From Candidatus Collierbacteria bacterium RIFOXYD2_FULL_45_13 (GTDB lineage Bacteria; Patescibacteriota; Microgenomatia; UBA1400; MFAQ01): DNA of 64,000 nucleotides. The DNA is taken from the NCBI GenBank assembly GCA_001774685.1, contig MFAS01000001.1, positions 91,489 through 155,488 of the forward strand, in the 5' to 3' direction. The notes under the pieces are model-generated. The model searched no databases, had not been told where the DNA came from, and worked only from the letters and a program-made list of their open reading frames with translations. Positions 29,269 to 38,276 of the stretch are shown piece after piece. Made by a program: the position numbers and the translations under genes. Each line of letters opens with the position of its first letter. The stretch's first letter is position 1.

Positions 29269-30614
29269 TGGACGCTTAAATCTATTTCTTGATTTACCAC
29301 AGGTAATACTACTTTAACACCTTGCAATTCCATGTGAATTTTTTCACTAAGCACCAGTCGTGGAAGTTCTTCTCCATGAACCAATGCGGCCTCTTCTAAA
29401 CCCTCAATCTTTTTCAGCCACGAAATTACTTGTCCTTGATCGGCATGAGCACTCATTGTTTTTATCTCCAATATCTCGGCTTTAATGTTTATCCAGTTTC
29501 CCCAGATATTCACGCTACTCTTTCCATCCAAAATCTCTCTGCCCAGAGTTCCCTCCGCTTGATAACCAACAATCACCAGCTGAGTGTTGGGGTCTCCCAA
29601 GTAGTTAATTGCGTGATGGATAATTCTCCCTCCACTCATCATTCCGCTACCGGCCACTATCACCTTTACTCCCTCATAATTTTTTACCTGCTTACTCTTT
29701 TCAATCGTATCGCATACTACCAACCCTGGAAAATCAAAGGGGTCGTCGGTTTTCACTTGATCTTTAAGCCTCTTACTGAATAGAACTGGAAAATCTTTAA
29801 AAATCATTGTCGCTTTGATAGCCATCGGGCTATCCAGAAAAACCGGCGTCTTGTTGTCCATCTTTCCTTCTTTTTTGAGTTGGTCGAATATATACAAAAG
29901 CTCTTGTGCTCTTTCAATCGAAAACGAAGGAATTAATACTGTTCCACGACTCATCTCGGCTTTTTTAATTATTTTTACCAGATCTCCAACTTCTTCTCTT
30001 GGTCCATGCGTTTCGTCACCATAGGTCGATTCCACCACCGCCACATGTGCTTTATGAACAAAATGGGTTGGTGAAAGCAGGGGTTCCGGTGTATTGCCCA
30101 GATCGCCACTAAAAACCACCCGCTTATTTGTCTTGCGTTCCTCCGCTATTACACTCGCCGATCCCAATATATGGCCGGCATCTACAAAGGTAATGCTGAA
30201 GTCTCCAACATCAAATGGCTTGTCATATTCTACGAGCGATACTTGCTTAAGTATTACTTCCACGTCCTCGTCTGTATACAGTACCGACTTCGCCTCGGCT
30301 TCTTTTGCAATCTTAGCGGCGTCGTGAAGTACTAGTTCGGCCAGTGCTTTGGTAGCCTCCGTCATAAATATCGGACCATTGAAGCCATAGTGCACCAATA
30401 GAGGCAATCTCCCACAATGATCAAGGTGGGCATGGGTCAGCAAGACTGCCGACAATTTATTAAAGTCAATATTTGGCTTAACATTGTTCAAGCCCACCTC
30501 CTCCGGCTTACCCTGGAACATCCCAAAATCCACCATTATCCCAGTATTGTCTCCTGTCAGGAAAAAATTAGATCCTGTGACCGTCTTGGCAGCCCCCAAA
30601 AATTTCAACTTCAT
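29265..30614 (-). CDS. MBL-fold beta-CASP ribonuclease (RNase J / CPSF-like)
   Basis: MKLKFLGAAKTVTGS, HAHLDHCG, beta-CASP region. Confidence 0.7.
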   Translation of the reverse strand: MKLKFLGAAKTVTGSNFFLTGDNTGIMVDFGMFQGKPEEVGLNNVKPNIDFNKLSAVLLTHAHLDHCGRLPLLVHYGFNGPIFMTEATKALAELVLHDAAKIAKEAEAKSVLYTDEDVEVILKQVSLVEYDKPFDVGDFSITFVDAGHILGSASVIAEERKTNKRVVFSGDLGNTPEPLLSPTHFVHKAHVAVVESTYGDETHGPREEVGDLVKIIKKAEMSRGTVLIPSFSIERAQELLYIFDQLKKEGKMDNKTPVFLDSPMAIKATMIFKDFPVLFSKRLKDQVKTDDPFDFPGLVVCDTIEKSKQVKNYEGVKVIVAGSGMMSGGRIIHHAINYLGDPNTQLVIVGYQAEGTLGREILDGKSSVNIWGNWINIKAEILEIKTMSAHADQGQVISWLKKIEGLEEAALVHGEELPRLVLSEKIHMELQGVKVVLPVVNQEIDLSVQ

Positions 30615-30658
30615 ATTTTCAGTTTAACAGAACCTCATTTTGCTTGTAGAATGAGTAC

Positions 30659-31414
30659 ATGGACTGCCCGCACTGTCACCATCCACTATCCGCCATCGAA
30701 ATAGAAACTTCTGACGGTCACGGCCACTCCATTGAGGAATGCCTTAATTGTGGTGGACATTTTATTGAATCTTATCTAGCCAACTTTCTTACTCTTGAAA
30801 CCACGCGTAACGTCGACTCTATCATCCCTAAAAGTCGGGCAATCCCCGACACAAACCCCGTCTGTCCAAAATGCGGTCAGCCCATGTCGGGCATCAAGGA
30901 TGATTCCGTTCCTCAAACTGTCACTGTTTTTTCTTGCCCAAACAATCATGGGGATTTTTTCCCCAAGAATCAGCTCTATCTTTTCAAACAAGCTCAGCAA
31001 TCAAAGATATATTTTCACAAACTTTGGGGGATACCTCTAAAATCGGCCTTTGCGGTTCTCATACCCATACTGGTCATCTTTTCCCTTGCCACGCTATTAC
31101 CATCCATCTTGGAACAAGCCACCACTACCCAAGAAACTCGCATCAAAGCCTCTGAGATCCTCACGCCTCCACTTATTACCCCCATCTCCTCTACTCAAGT
31201 CCTCATTTCCTTCTCTACCCAGAAACCAGCCAAAACCTCGGTTCGTTTCACAGAAGGTCTCACCAAAACCTTGATCGTTTCGACGGTGCCTCAAACCAGC
31301 CACCTCCTCAGCATCGAAGATCTCTCTCCAGGCACCTTATTCAAATACATTATCATTATCGACACTGATGGAAAACCGGTCAGCACTTCCGAATACACTT
31401 TCTCCACTCCATAA
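30659..31414 (+). CDS. Zinc-ribbon membrane protein with a C-terminal FN3-like beta domain, hypothetical
   Basis: CPHCHH..C.NCGGH and CPKCGQ ribbons, one TM. Confidence 0.5.
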   Translation: MDCPHCHHPLSAIEIETSDGHGHSIEECLNCGGHFIESYLANFLTLETTRNVDSIIPKSRAIPDTNPVCPKCGQPMSGIKDDSVPQTVTVFSCPNNHGDFFPKNQLYLFKQAQQSKIYFHKLWGIPLKSAFAVLIPILVIFSLATLLPSILEQATTTQETRIKASEILTPPLITPISSTQVLISFSTQKPAKTSVRFTEGLTKTLIVSTVPQTSHLLSIEDLSPGTLFKYIIIIDTDGKPVSTSEYTFSTP

Positions 31415-32168
31415 GAAGCGCATCCAAAAACGAGTCCTTACTCCCTACGAAATAAACCACTTAAGGAAATATGGACTTCCCCAGATAGATTTAAGTACCA
31501 TCGGAGAAAAGCCGGTGGAATACATCACCGGTCACGCCGAGTTCTATGGTCTGGATTTTTTGGTAAATTCCTCCGTTTTGATTCCTCGTCTTGAATCCGA
31601 GATGATCGTCCGGCTAGCCGTTAATTATATTCAAAAGGAAGAGCTTGCTCATCCTTCAATTGCCGATATCGGCACCGGCTCCGGCTGCCTTGGCCTTTCG
31701 GTTGCCGCCAGTCTTGTCAAACAAAATACGCCCTACACCATCTATCTCTCGGACACTTCGGTCCCGGCACTCAACTTGGCCAGAGAAAACGCCGGACGCA
31801 TCTTAAGTTCACCGGTCAACCTTTTTTTTCAAGAGTCCCATCTCATGGACGATTATCCTCGGATAAAGTTCGATATTATCCTGGCGAATCTTCCCTACAT
31901 TCCTTCCAAAAATATCACCAAGCTCCCAAGGTCGGTAAGAGATTTTGAGCCACTATCGGCCCTAAACGGAGGTCCAGATGGCACCACGGTCATCAATCGG
32001 CTGTTATCCCAAATTCCTCAATATATATCCGACAGAGGTATCGCCATCATCGAAATCGATGATACTCACGATCTAAATAGTTTTTCCCTCCCCGAAAAAC
32101 TTCAAGCTTCACTCACAAGGGATCTATTTGATGTCCCTCGCTTTCTGATAGTCAGCCTAAAAGTATAA
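31368..32168 (+). CDS. prmC: Release-factor glutamine N5-methyltransferase PrmC/HemK (the true start may be downstream of 31368)
   Basis: DIGTGSGCLGLS (SAM motif I), ILANLPYIP (NPPY-type). 47-nt overlap with the upstream ORF. Confidence 0.75.
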   Translation: MENRSALPNTLSPLHKKRIQKRVLTPYEINHLRKYGLPQIDLSTIGEKPVEYITGHAEFYGLDFLVNSSVLIPRLESEMIVRLAVNYIQKEELAHPSIADIGTGSGCLGLSVAASLVKQNTPYTIYLSDTSVPALNLARENAGRILSSPVNLFFQESHLMDDYPRIKFDIILANLPYIPSKNITKLPRSVRDFEPLSALNGGPDGTTVINRLLSQIPQYISDRGIAIIEIDDTHDLNSFSLPEKLQASLTRDLFDVPRFLIVSLKV

Positions 32169-32187
32169 TATTTGTTACAATTACTAC

Positions 32188-32844
32188 ATGAACAAGTCCT
32201 TGGTGATTAGTCTCACGGTAATTGTTCTTTCCTTTTTCATGATCCGAGTCACCGACCAGACCAATCATTATGAAGTCCAGTCCGGTTACGATCCTTCGTT
32301 GTCCGGTGCCATTTTTGACAATACACCTGTCAACCCCCCTCCATACATTGCCGACATTCCAATTCCCCCAAAGGTTTTAGGGGACTCCACCGCCGAAAAG
32401 ATTATCTATGTAGACCTAACCAACCAAAGGTTATACGCCTACGAAGGGAATAATTTGGTTTACAACTTTTTAGTTTCTACCGGTAAGTGGGGACGAACTC
32501 CAATCGGAACCTTCCAAATTGCCAATAAATTCCGCTTCATAAAAATGAGTGGTGGATCAGCTGCACTTCACACTTACTACTATCTCCCCAACGTTCCTTA
32601 CACCATGTTTTTTGGAAACAGCCAGATTCCAGCCTCTAGAGGGTTCTCCCTTCACGGCACCTACTGGCATAACAATTTTGGACACCCCATGTCCCACGGC
32701 TGTGTGAACATGAAGATTTCAGAGGCCGGCATAATATACAACTGGGCAGATCCCAAACTCCCAGAAGGTAAGAATTCCGGGGTCGCCACCAAAGACAACC
32801 CGGGCACTCAGGTTGTAATCTACGGTACTACACCCAAATCCTGA
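32188..32844 (+). CDS. L,D-transpeptidase (YkuD domain)
   Basis: HGTYWHNNFGHPMSHGCVNM (His/Cys catalytic motif). N-terminal TM. Confidence 0.8.
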   Translation: MNKSLVISLTVIVLSFFMIRVTDQTNHYEVQSGYDPSLSGAIFDNTPVNPPPYIADIPIPPKVLGDSTAEKIIYVDLTNQRLYAYEGNNLVYNFLVSTGKWGRTPIGTFQIANKFRFIKMSGGSAALHTYYYLPNVPYTMFFGNSQIPASRGFSLHGTYWHNNFGHPMSHGCVNMKISEAGIIYNWADPKLPEGKNSGVATKDNPGTQVVIYGTTPKS

Positions 32845-32903
32845 AGGAATAAGGTTATCTGGCTTGCTAATATAAAAATATAGTTGTTATAATACAAGCC
32901 TAT

Positions 32904-33554
32904 ATGACCAAAGCCAAATTCTCTCAGATTAAGAAGTTTTTCTCTCATTTCCCAACCAAGAAATTTGCCAAAGGAGCTACCATCTTTAAACCAGGAGATA
33001 AAATTGAGGAGATATATTTTAGCAAATCTGGTTTTGGCCGAGCTTACACTAAAACCAATTTTGGCGAAAACACTCTTAACGTGTTCAAACCAATGTTCTT
33101 AATTTCAGTAATCCACCATTTCACCGCGGCACGCAACGACTTCTACTTTCAAGCACTGACACCCGTCGAGGTTTATGTTATTCCCAAATCAGAGTTTCAA
33201 AAATATCTGGCAGATAACCCAGAAAAGTTTCATCTAATAATGGATTATTTTTTTAGTTCCCTCCTTTTGTTTTTTTCTAATCAAGGAAAAATCATTAACG
33301 GTAGTGCCATTAACAAAGTCGCCTCCGTTCTTCTCCAGTTATCTCATGACTACGGAGACATCAAAGACGCTCAGCTGGTGGTCGGCTTCCCTGCCACCCA
33401 TCGAATCGTTGCCAACCTAGTTGGTCTAACCAGAGAAACTACAAGTGTCCAAATGAGCAGACTCCAAAAGCTAGGCGTCATTTCCACCAAACGCAGTCAT
33501 TTCACTGTCAAGAATCTGGAAAAACTCCGCAGTCTGGCCGAACTGGGCGAATAA
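32904..33554 (+). CDS. Crp/Fnr-family transcriptional regulator
   Basis: cNMP-binding-like N-terminus. HTH VANLVGLTRETTSVQMSRLQKLGVI. Confidence 0.75.
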   Translation: MTKAKFSQIKKFFSHFPTKKFAKGATIFKPGDKIEEIYFSKSGFGRAYTKTNFGENTLNVFKPMFLISVIHHFTAARNDFYFQALTPVEVYVIPKSEFQKYLADNPEKFHLIMDYFFSSLLLFFSNQGKIINGSAINKVASVLLQLSHDYGDIKDAQLVVGFPATHRIVANLVGLTRETTSVQMSRLQKLGVISTKRSHFTVKNLEKLRSLAELGE

Positions 33555-33565
33555 ATCCAATCAAA

Positions 33566-34954
33566 TCACAGTTGCCATATCGTCAGGAGACCGAAAGAGG
33601 TTAAAAAAACTATTGTCGCCACAATCACTCCTTTTCTCCATCCTGATGGTCTAAGTTTCTGATGAAGTGAAGTTGTATTCATCCACAAAATCAGTATTGA
33701 ATAAATTACCATCGTCCAGGCATTAAGGACTGCACTAATTAGAACTAGCTGAAGTGGCTCTTTAAACCCCAACGCCATGACCAAAAGCATCAAACCAATC
33801 TGAAGCCACAACAAAGTATAAAAATACCTGGGTAATTTTTTTGATTCGAATTTTTCAAAGTTTAGAATTGCCCAATTTTCAGCCAATATCTTTCCGGTGG
33901 TCCCCAAAACGGACAACTGTGTCGCAAAAAGCATTAACCCCAAGACAACCAGAAATAGATTACCCATTACTTGATGAGTCAGCTGGCCGATTATTCCGGC
34001 TTCGGCAATTACAAAGTCCACCCCTTTCAGGCTTCCTGTCTTATGATAAATAGTTTCATACGCCAAAAGAGATAGCGACACCATCGTGATCACTCCGGTC
34101 ACCCAAAAGATTAAGCCCTGTTCCCAATTTGTTAGTCTCCACCATTTAGAGAACAACTTTAGGCTGTGGTCATTTACTTCAAAATCTTTTCCCGTTAATC
34201 TTATTTCTTCTTTGTTTCCTGTCAACAGACTTGTAATTCTTCCCGAACCATGACCCATACCATACCCTTTTTCCTTGATATTTTGCGATTGGCCAAGATT
34301 CAGGTTTCCTCCAGCTCCGGAAAATACGATAGCGCCCAAAAACGCTGACGCCTGTAGCCCCACTGGAATGAACCAGTAAGCATCTCCTTTCCCCACCAGT
34401 CCTAATGCCAAATCTGATAGTCCATTCCTTGATGCCAACCACCATGAAATACCCAAAATAAAAGGTACCCCAAAGACAAGGAGTGTCTTTTCCAATTTTT
34501 CCTGTGTACCATACAACACCGGACCCAAGCTCAAAATCGCTCCAATTACGAGCAAAGCTACTACACCAACTGGTTCCGATTTGCCCCAACCCAGACCGGC
34601 AGTTAACAATCTTGATCCGGCCAAAGTTATTCCTGGCCACATCCAGGGTACTACCGTTGACAGGATAAACCACACCGGAATCACCTTCCCCAGTTTTCGC
34701 GTCAAGCCCACAAACACACTTTCCCCAGTAACTAATGTATACCGGCTGATTTCCATGTTAATAAACCACTGCATAGTGATGCCGGCTACAGCCCCCCATA
34801 TTATTCCCAGTCCATAATTGGCCGTTAAATAGGGCCACAAGATTAGTTCCCCAATTCCCAGACCTAAACCCAAGAGAATAAAGCTGGGCCCCGCCATCCT
34901 CCAAAAAGAGGGTGGTTCAACCAAAACCGATCTTATCAGTGGAGTTATTTTCAT
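33566..34954 (-). CDS. Divergent Nramp-like polytopic membrane transporter (probable)
   Basis: About 11-12 TM. GPSFILLGLGLG...LLW...RYTLVTGES follows the MntH N-terminal pattern but lacks the DPGN motif. Confidence 0.35.
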   Translation of the reverse strand: MKITPLIRSVLVEPPSFWRMAGPSFILLGLGLGIGELILWPYLTANYGLGIIWGAVAGITMQWFINMEISRYTLVTGESVFVGLTRKLGKVIPVWFILSTVVPWMWPGITLAGSRLLTAGLGWGKSEPVGVVALLVIGAILSLGPVLYGTQEKLEKTLLVFGVPFILGISWWLASRNGLSDLALGLVGKGDAYWFIPVGLQASAFLGAIVFSGAGGNLNLGQSQNIKEKGYGMGHGSGRITSLLTGNKEEIRLTGKDFEVNDHSLKLFSKWWRLTNWEQGLIFWVTGVITMVSLSLLAYETIYHKTGSLKGVDFVIAEAGIIGQLTHQVMGNLFLVVLGLMLFATQLSVLGTTGKILAENWAILNFEKFESKKLPRYFYTLLWLQIGLMLLVMALGFKEPLQLVLISAVLNAWTMVIYSILILWMNTTSLHQKLRPSGWRKGVIVATIVFLTSFGLLTIWQL

Positions 34955-34961
34955 TTATTTA

Positions 34962-35765
34962 ATGTTACACTACGCACCTCGTATAATAGTATTAGTGACA
35001 TTTTTCCAGGCCATTATTCTTGCCATTGTTGAAGGGCTCACCGAGTTCTTGCCCATTTCCAGCACTGGGCATCTCATTCTTATTCAAAGATATCTTTCTA
35101 TCACAAGTTCAGAGTTCTCCAAAACATTTGATATTGTCATTCAATTATCTGCAATCCTAGCCGTAGTGTGGATTTATCGAAAAACTCTTTTTTCACAGTT
35201 TGGGATATGGAAGCAAAGTATGGTTGCATTCATCCCTACAGGTATTATCGGTTTTCTCTTTTACAAATTAATTCGCAATGTATTATTAGAAGAACCAATC
35301 ATCATCGTTTACTCTCTGTTTATCGGTGGTGTAATTCTTCTGGTAGTAGACAAACTAACAAAGATCAATCGGGGACAGGGGCGGATATTGAATCTACCGC
35401 CCAACAAACTTATATTCATTGGGATTTTGCAATCAATTTCCGTAATACCCGGTGTTTCCCGTTCAGCCACCGCCATCATTGGCGGTCTCAGCACAGGACT
35501 TTCTAGATCACAAGCCGTTGAGTTTTCTTTCTTTCTTGCCATTCCCACCATGTTTGCGGCCGCCGGATTTGATCTTCTAAAGTCCGGAATGTCCTTTTCC
35601 GCTCAAGAGTATTCGGTGTTGCTGGTTGGGTGTTTTTTTTCATTCATTTCGGCTCTGATCGCTGTCAGATTCTTTATTGATTATGTCCAAAAAAATAACT
35701 TCACCTCTTTTGCCATTTACCGTATCGTTCTGGCTTTAGTCGTGTTACTCACCATGAAAGCTTAA
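34962..35765 (+). CDS. uppP: Undecaprenyl-diphosphatase UppP (BacA)
   Basis: AIILAIVEGLTEFLPISSTGHLIL, PGVSRSATAI. Confidence 0.9.
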   Translation: MLHYAPRIIVLVTFFQAIILAIVEGLTEFLPISSTGHLILIQRYLSITSSEFSKTFDIVIQLSAILAVVWIYRKTLFSQFGIWKQSMVAFIPTGIIGFLFYKLIRNVLLEEPIIIVYSLFIGGVILLVVDKLTKINRGQGRILNLPPNKLIFIGILQSISVIPGVSRSATAIIGGLSTGLSRSQAVEFSFFLAIPTMFAAAGFDLLKSGMSFSAQEYSVLLVGCFFSFISALIAVRFFIDYVQKNNFTSFAIYRIVLALVVLLTMKA

Positions 35766-35791
35766 ACCCCTTCTTTTTTTTATCAAAAAAA

Positions 35792-35811
35792 TAGGGCCCT
35801 GACCGGCCCTA
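35792..35811. terminator. Bidirectional intrinsic terminator between convergent genes
   Basis: TAGGGCC-ctgacc-GGCCCTA stem, flanked by an A7 run upstream and a U-rich stretch downstream. Confidence 0.55.
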
Positions 35812-35826
35812 TCTTCTTGCAGCTCA

Positions 35827-36048
35827 TTATCTTTTCAACAGCCTCTTCTTGGTGGCGACAACTTTTTTTTTGGCTTTAGCCACTTCCGCCTTTCCCTTTT
35901 TTATAGCTACACCAACCGTCTTTTGCACCTTTTCTCGATTCTCTTTCTTGGACATAAACACCGCTGCAGCGCCGGCAGCAACACCTATCACCGCGGCTCC
36001 GACAGCACCCAACATACCGATTTTATTTTTTTTGGCAGGCCTTCTCAT
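35827..36048 (-). CDS. Small Lys-rich single-TM protein, hypothetical
   Basis: AVGAAVIGVAAGAAAVF hydrophobic core flanked by K-rich tails. Preferred over the plus-strand ORF 35849..36154. Confidence 0.4.
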   Translation of the reverse strand: MRRPAKKNKIGMLGAVGAAVIGVAAGAAAVFMSKKENREKVQKTVGVAIKKGKAEVAKAKKKVVATKKRLLKR

Positions 36049-36157
36049 TTTTTTTCAGATTATTAATAGTTTCATTCTACACAATCTCAAGTCAGCTCGC
36101 AAATGTCAAACCAAAAATCCCCATTCCAATAATTATTTTAATATAATGGAATAACAA

Positions 36158-36721
36158 ATGAATAATAAAGTATTCAAAGCTATCCGTAACGTTACTCTTA
36201 TTATCTTTACCCTTGGTCTTCCAATCGCTTTGCTTGTATATTTTCGGAGAGACTTTAAGACCTTGGAACAAATGATTCCAACCACCGGATTAGCCGGTCC
36301 GCTTTTCTCCATCATATTAATGGGCATTCTGTCTGCGACGCCGATACCGACAGACCCCATTGTCATCCTAAATGGAGCCATTTTTGGACCTATTGTCGGA
36401 GTGTTGGTTTCCTGGATGGGCAACAACCTCGCTGCAGCCATCGAATATTTCATCGGCAAAGGCATTGGCCACATTGCTGATTTTGACAAACAAAAAAAGA
36501 CCATGCCTTTTGGTCTCAACAAATTTCCGGCCGACTCCATTGCCTTCCTCTTCTTGGGCCGCTTTGTTCCCCAAGTAGGTGGAAAGGTTGTCTCCATTAC
36601 CGCAGGTGTCTACCACGTTCCCTACTGGCGCTACCTTTGGACAGCTGTCCTCAGTAATCTCTTTGGTTCTGTCGTTCTCGCTCTGGGAGGATACTCCATC
36701 CTCCATAATTTTCTCAAGTAA
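36158..36721 (+). CDS. TVP38/TMEM64 (DedA-related) family membrane protein
   Basis: Conserved core GxxxPxDPIVILNGAIFGP... Confidence 0.65.
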   Translation: MNNKVFKAIRNVTLIIFTLGLPIALLVYFRRDFKTLEQMIPTTGLAGPLFSIILMGILSATPIPTDPIVILNGAIFGPIVGVLVSWMGNNLAAAIEYFIGKGIGHIADFDKQKKTMPFGLNKFPADSIAFLFLGRFVPQVGGKVVSITAGVYHVPYWRYLWTAVLSNLFGSVVLALGGYSILHNFLK

Positions 36722-36725
36722 CTAA

Positions 36726-37346
36726 TTATAAGTACTTCGTAAACCATAACGTTGTCAAATCAGACACCTTCTCCATAGCACCATCCTCTTCAAACAGATG
36801 CGTTGCCCCTGCAACGATTTCCATCTTTTTTATACATCCCAGTTTTTGGTAAGCCAGTCGGTTATAGCCTATCACCTGCTTGTCTTCTCCACCAACAATC
36901 AAAAGCGTTGGAGACTCGATTAAATCCAAAATATCAACAGCTAAGTCCGGTCTCCCCCCTTGCGACACCACTGCCTTGATTTTTGTGCCCCAGTATGCCG
37001 CCGCCGAAAGAGCCGTCGCGGATCCTGTACTGGTTCCAAAGTAACCGAAAAGGCACCCCTTTAGTCTTTCTTCCTCCGTGCACCATTTGGTTACTGCGAT
37101 CAGTCTTTCTGTGAGCAACTCTATATTAAATCTATTTTCTTCACTCTCATCCTCTTTTTCTGATAACAAATCAAAAAGTAAGGTACCCATTCCAAGTTTC
37201 TGTAGCTCTTTGGCTACATAATTATTTCTCAGCGAGTATCTTCCACCCCCACTACCATGAGTAAAGATCACGAAGCTCTTATTTTGAATCGGTAGGTTCA
37301 GCACTCCCTTGAGGTCAATGTTCTGGACTGGGATTTCAATTTCCAT
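36726..37346 (-). CDS. Alpha/beta hydrolase (dienelactone hydrolase-like)
   Basis: FTHGSGGG oxyanion region, GTSTGSA nucleophile elbow. Confidence 0.6.
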   Translation of the reverse strand: MEIEIPVQNIDLKGVLNLPIQNKSFVIFTHGSGGGRYSLRNNYVAKELQKLGMGTLLFDLLSEKEDESEENRFNIELLTERLIAVTKWCTEEERLKGCLFGYFGTSTGSATALSAAAYWGTKIKAVVSQGGRPDLAVDILDLIESPTLLIVGGEDKQVIGYNRLAYQKLGCIKKMEIVAGATHLFEEDGAMEKVSDLTTLWFTKYL

Positions 37347-37440
37347 CTACTTAAAATATAACAAATCATACATCCCAAACTCAATAGCTTGAAAGTTTGA
37401 CCCAACTGATACTTGACAAGGAGAATTTAGGTGGTAACAT

Positions 37441-37457
37441 AAGTGTACTGAGTACAC
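37441..37457. promoter_or_regulatory. Perfect 17-bp palindrome AGTGTACT-G-AGTACACT (candidate operator) downstream of a TTGACA -35 box
   Basis: Seen directly. TTGACA at 37412-37417. The palindrome lies where +1/an operator would sit, about 65 nt upstream of the PP2C start. Confidence 0.4.
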
Positions 37458-37523
37458 TAAGTAGCCTATATTGTTTAGGGCTTGGAGCTCTGTTCATTGA
37501 CAACTTAACTAGAAGGAGCACTC

Positions 37524-38261
37524 ATGCAGCCTCAGTTTACCCTCAAAACGGGAAAGGTAATTGGACGTAGCCATATTCTTGCCGGGAAAAATTGCCAAGA
37601 TTCGCTTAAGACAGCTATCACGGTAGTGGGTGTCCACCAATACCTTGTTGGTTGGATCAGTGATGGTTGCTCCGAAGGAGCACACAGCGAAATTGGTTCA
37701 AATCTAGCAACCGAATTTCTTCTGAACCGCACCCTAGATTATCTTGCCGATGATATTCCCCTAGAAATCATTCACCTCTTTCTTTTTGAAGACCTGCTCT
37801 CTTTTCTAAAATCAAACTTATTGAGCCAATCCCTAAAAACTCCTCAGAAACAGGCTCTTTACATCAAAGATTTTCTTCTCTTTACCCTTGTGGGATTTAT
37901 CATTGGCCCAAAAAACAGCACTGTAATGGCCTATGGAGACGGCTTGGTAATCATCAACGATGAAGTTTACAAAAGAGATTATCATGACGAATCCCCTTAT
38001 CCGGGATATCTGCTGATCGATCAGAAGTATCTTGACCCAAATCGGCGACCCATCGGCCAGGAATTCGATATTTACATGGTAAAAACCGCGAATATCAAGA
38101 AACTGGCGATCGGTAGCGATGCCTGGCTTCAAGAGTTTGACTTAGTTTCTCATGTCTGGGGACATAAACACCCCAACCAAGTTCAAAGAAACATGAACAT
38201 CTGGTCAGACGAAAAAAAATTGGCAGACGATGCCTCAATCATCGTTGTCGAAGCAGGCTAG
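37524..38261 (+). CDS. PP2C_2-type (PF13672-like) Ser/Thr protein phosphatase
   Basis: N-terminal GKVIGRSHILAGKNCQDS (G.SH...G..CQD signature of the vWA/kinase-associated PP2C clade). MAYGDG metal-binding Asp region. SD AAGGAG 8 nt upstream. Confidence 0.65.
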   Translation: MQPQFTLKTGKVIGRSHILAGKNCQDSLKTAITVVGVHQYLVGWISDGCSEGAHSEIGSNLATEFLLNRTLDYLADDIPLEIIHLFLFEDLLSFLKSNLLSQSLKTPQKQALYIKDFLLFTLVGFIIGPKNSTVMAYGDGLVIINDEVYKRDYHDESPYPGYLLIDQKYLDPNRRPIGQEFDIYMVKTANIKKLAIGSDAWLQEFDLVSHVWGHKHPNQVQRNMNIWSDEKKLADDASIIVVEAG

Positions 38262-38276
38262 TAGAAAGGAGGTATC

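Noticed and set aside
36133-36706. Minus-strand ORFs 36133..36597 and 36368..36706
   Set aside because: They overlap the well-supported TVP38/TMEM64 gene on the plus strand and have no motifs.
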